From Nitrospiraceae bacterium (GTDB taxonomy: Bacteria; Nitrospirota; Nitrospiria; Nitrospirales; Nitrospiraceae), in the NCBI GenBank assembly GCA_037442105.1, contig JBBIQV010000024.1:1-46364 (forward strand): DNA of 46,364 nucleotides, given 5' to 3'. Positions 44,349 through 46,364 of the stretch are shown here, in pieces. Made by a program: the position numbers and the translations under genes. Within the stretch, counting starts at the first letter, position 1, and every line of letters begins with the position of its first letter. Below the pieces are notes generated by a model, which saw only the letters and a program-made list of their open reading frames with translations, did not search any database and was not told where the DNA came from.

Positions 44349-45386
44349 TCATCCTCGCTGGGCGGAGGCTAGCAACTCTGCGCGTGGGTCCGAGTACCGC
44401 CTCCGACCCAACTGTTCGTAGAGCCGCCGTTCTTCTTCGGACAACGACGACGGTATGACGATCTGCAGAGTCAGAAACAGATCGCCATGTCCCCCCGATG
44501 CGGTCGGCAGCCCTTTTCCTTTCAGACGGAGCTTGCTGTCGGCCCGGCTGCCGGGCGGCACCTTGACCTTCACCGGCTCGGTCAATGTCGGCGCCATCAC
44601 CTCCGCGCCTAATGCGGCCTCCCACGGCCAAACGGGCAGCGTGACATGCACGTCGCTGCCCTGGCGGCGGAAGATACCGTCCGACTCGATATGGACATGG
44701 AGGTACAGGTCGCCGCGCCTCCCTCCGTTTATGCCCGATGCGCCTTTGCCGGCTACGCGGACGCGCGTGCCGTCTTGCACGCCGGCTGGAATTTTCACGT
44801 CGATGGAGCGTGTCTCCATACGCACGCCTGAGCCCATGCAGTTGGGGCAGGGTTGGCCTCGTTGTGCGCCGCTCCCTCTGCAACTGGAGCAGGGTGCCCG
44901 GTCCGTCAAGCGGACCCGTTTCGTCACGCCGGTGAGCACTTCACGGAGTGACAACACCGCGTCGGTTTCGAGGTCCTCGCCCTGCAGCCCCACGCCGCGA
45001 GTCGCGCCGCCTCCAGCGCGACCACCGCCGCCGAAGAGGGTGTCGAAGATATCGCTGAAGGTTTCCGCGCCGCCGAACGAAAACTCGGCTCCACCGGCCG
45101 TGCGTGCTCGTGCTTGTGCCTCTTGTCGCGCGCGCTCGAAGGCCTCGGCCTGTTCCCAATTCGCCCCGTACTGATCGTACTTCTTTCGCTTCTCCGGGTC
45201 GGACAAGACTTCGTGCGCTTCATTCAGCTCCTTGAACTTCCGCTCCATTTCCGTCTTGCGTCCGCCACTGTGCAGGTCGGGATGGTACTGACGCGCGAGT
45301 CGGCGATAGGCCTTCTTGATGTCGTCGGCGGAAGCACTGCGCGGGATGCCGAGGATCTGATAGTAGTCTCGTTCCGTGGTGGCCAT
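44349..45386 (-). CDS. DnaJ-class co-chaperone (CbpA/DnaJ2-like) with a half zinc finger
   Basis: J domain with HPD, G/F region, DIF motif, two CxxCxGxG, GDLY, DnaJ_C. Confidence 0.92.
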   Translation of the reverse strand: MATTERDYYQILGIPRSASADDIKKAYRRLARQYHPDLHSGGRKTEMERKFKELNEAHEVLSDPEKRKKYDQYGANWEQAEAFERARQEAQARARTAGGAEFSFGGAETFSDIFDTLFGGGGRAGGGATRGVGLQGEDLETDAVLSLREVLTGVTKRVRLTDRAPCSSCRGSGAQRGQPCPNCMGSGVRMETRSIDVKIPAGVQDGTRVRVAGKGASGINGGRRGDLYLHVHIESDGIFRRQGSDVHVTLPVWPWEAALGAEVMAPTLTEPVKVKVPPGSRADSKLRLKGKGLPTASGGHGDLFLTLQIVIPSSLSEEERRLYEQLGRRRYSDPRAELLASAQRG

Positions 45387-45401
45387 GGTCGATAGCGGAG
45401 T

Positions 45402-45522
45402 GTGACGAGTGATGGGTAACGAGTGATGAGAAATAGGAGGTGAACGGATCGCTCACGGATGAGCACAGCTCCGTGCCACGACCGACTTACTGATCACCCT
45501 TCACTGATCACCTCTTCACTGG
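45402..45522. repeat. Inverted array of ~7-nt GTGA/TCAC repeats in the dnaJ-like leader
   Basis: GTGACGA GTGATGG GTAACGA GTGATGA ... TTACTGA TCACCCT TCACTGA TCACCTCT TCACTGG. Confidence 0.7.
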
Positions 45523-45531
45523 TTCGTCAGC

Positions 45532-45560
45532 AGCTTACGGTGTCTACGGAGGCTTTTCAA
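45532..45560 (-). promoter_or_regulatory. Putative promoter of the dnaJ-like gene
   Basis: CTTGAAA-N17-TAAGCT on the minus strand; the -35 also matches the sigma32-type CTTGAAA. Confidence 0.5.
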
Positions 45561-45568
45561 GGAGTGAT

Positions 45569-45874
45569 TAGCAGGTAGCGAGTAGCAAACAGCGAATAGC
45601 TCTCGAACAGAAGCGAATAGCTGATAGCTCATAGCGAATAGCAAACAGCCAATAGCCATCAGCTCAGAGCTATCAGCTACCCGCTATTCGCTCCTCGCTC
45701 TCCGCTGAACAGGAGCAAAGAGGAGCGAATAGCCTGAAACCAGGGAGAGGCAGGCCCTTCATGTCTGGCTACTCGCTACCCGCTGTTCTCTATTCGCTCT
45801 TCCATCCAGCGACTTACTGCTCTCTCTGTGCTGTTCGCTTCATTGCTACTGGCTGTTCGCTGCCAGCTATTCGC
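45569..45874. repeat. Nested inverted arrays of 7-nt TAGCGAA/GCTATTC repeats
   Basis: Over 20 degenerate heptamer units in blocks of both orientations; same unit as at 19081 and 20031. Confidence 0.85.
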
Positions 45875-46364
45875 GATGTGCTACCTTTGCGCGCGCCATC
45901 ATCTTGCAGTAGGAGCAGATCTCAGCCGTGGTCGGTTGCCCGCAAGAGGCGCAGGGGTGCAGCGCGGCCTGATCTTTCTCCGTCATGGTCGTGGCAGCGG
46001 GCTGGGTGTGTGCGCGTTTGTCGAGAAAGCCCCAGTAGAAGGTTTGCTTGGTTCCAGGGGATTCCGTTTCGAGCCGGTTCAAGACTTCTTTATAGAGGAG
46101 CATCTTGGACCCCTTCGCCATCGGACATTCCTCGACGATGTAGTCGATTTTGTTCAGCACTGCGTAAGCCGCCAGCTCACGCTCGGTCAGCCGGTACAGC
46201 GGTTTCACTTTCTTGGCAAATCCTTCCACCGACGCCGGCAGGCTCGGCCCCTGCTTGTCGAGATACTCTTCCTGCCAGTGGAGCACGTTGCCGAGCAGGC
46301 GGGCGGCCTCGTCGTCCAGGTTGTGGCCGGTGGCCATGACGTCGTAACGCTGCTCGATGGCCAC
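45867..46364 (-). CDS. TtuA/TtcA-family tRNA thiolation protein, 5' end outside window
   Basis: ATGHNLDDEA, KVKPL, ECP, C-terminal zinc finger CASCGQ...CSYC. Confidence 0.85.
   Translation of the reverse strand: MAIEQRYDVMATGHNLDDEAARLLGNVLHWQEEYLDKQGPSLPASVEGFAKKVKPLYRLTERELAAYAVLNKIDYIVEECPMAKGSKMLLYKEVLNRLETESPGTKQTFYWGFLDKRAHTQPAATTMTEKDQAALHPCASCGQPTTAEICSYCKMMARAKVAHRE

Noticed and set aside
45545..45575. CIRCE operator upstream of the dnaJ-like gene
   Set aside because: GAGTGATTA resembles only one arm; there is no matching TTAGCACTC 9 nt away
45569..45874. CRISPR array
   Set aside because: Units are degenerate 7-mers without unique spacers, and there are no cas genes
45761..46339. 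192-aa plus-strand ORF
   Set aside because: It begins in the heptamer repeats and is antisense to the TtuA-like gene; shadow ORF

Overview
Chromosomal window of a Gram-negative, GC-rich bacterium. Gene content and order look Nitrospira-like, which is an inference and was not verified. From left to right it holds the 3' part of tRNA-Glu, an FGE-sulfatase-fold protein with a monoheme cytochrome c, pilU-pilT, bioF, a TPR protein, an mltD-like transglycosylase, a class V aminotransferase, serA, hisZ, dnaB and a TPR lipoprotein. Next comes a ~19 kb type IV pilin and glycan locus: two tandem pilins each with a sigma54 promoter, a Wzy_C/TPR oligosaccharyltransferase-like gene, a PilG/H/I-like module, an O-acyltransferase, Wzm/Wzt, a NodS-like methyltransferase coupled to a 1096-aa deacetylase + 3xGT2 protein, two GT4s, WecA, a UGM-like flavoprotein and a DegT aminotransferase. 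The rest encodes a trypsin-like protease, a PAS HisKA_2 kinase/response regulator pair, an indoleamine 2,3-dioxygenase homolog, a SAM methyltransferase, ilvD, PepSY, Spy/CpxP, a DnaJ-class chaperone and a partial TtuA/TtcA-like gene. The best candidate for an undescribed system is the pilin-linked, ABC-exported glycan pathway with a NodB/NodS-like deacetylate-then-N-methylate module and possible poly-G switches. Three families of intergenic ~7-nt repeats forming inverted arrays are also notable. No CRISPR, integrase, transposase or reverse transcriptase was seen.
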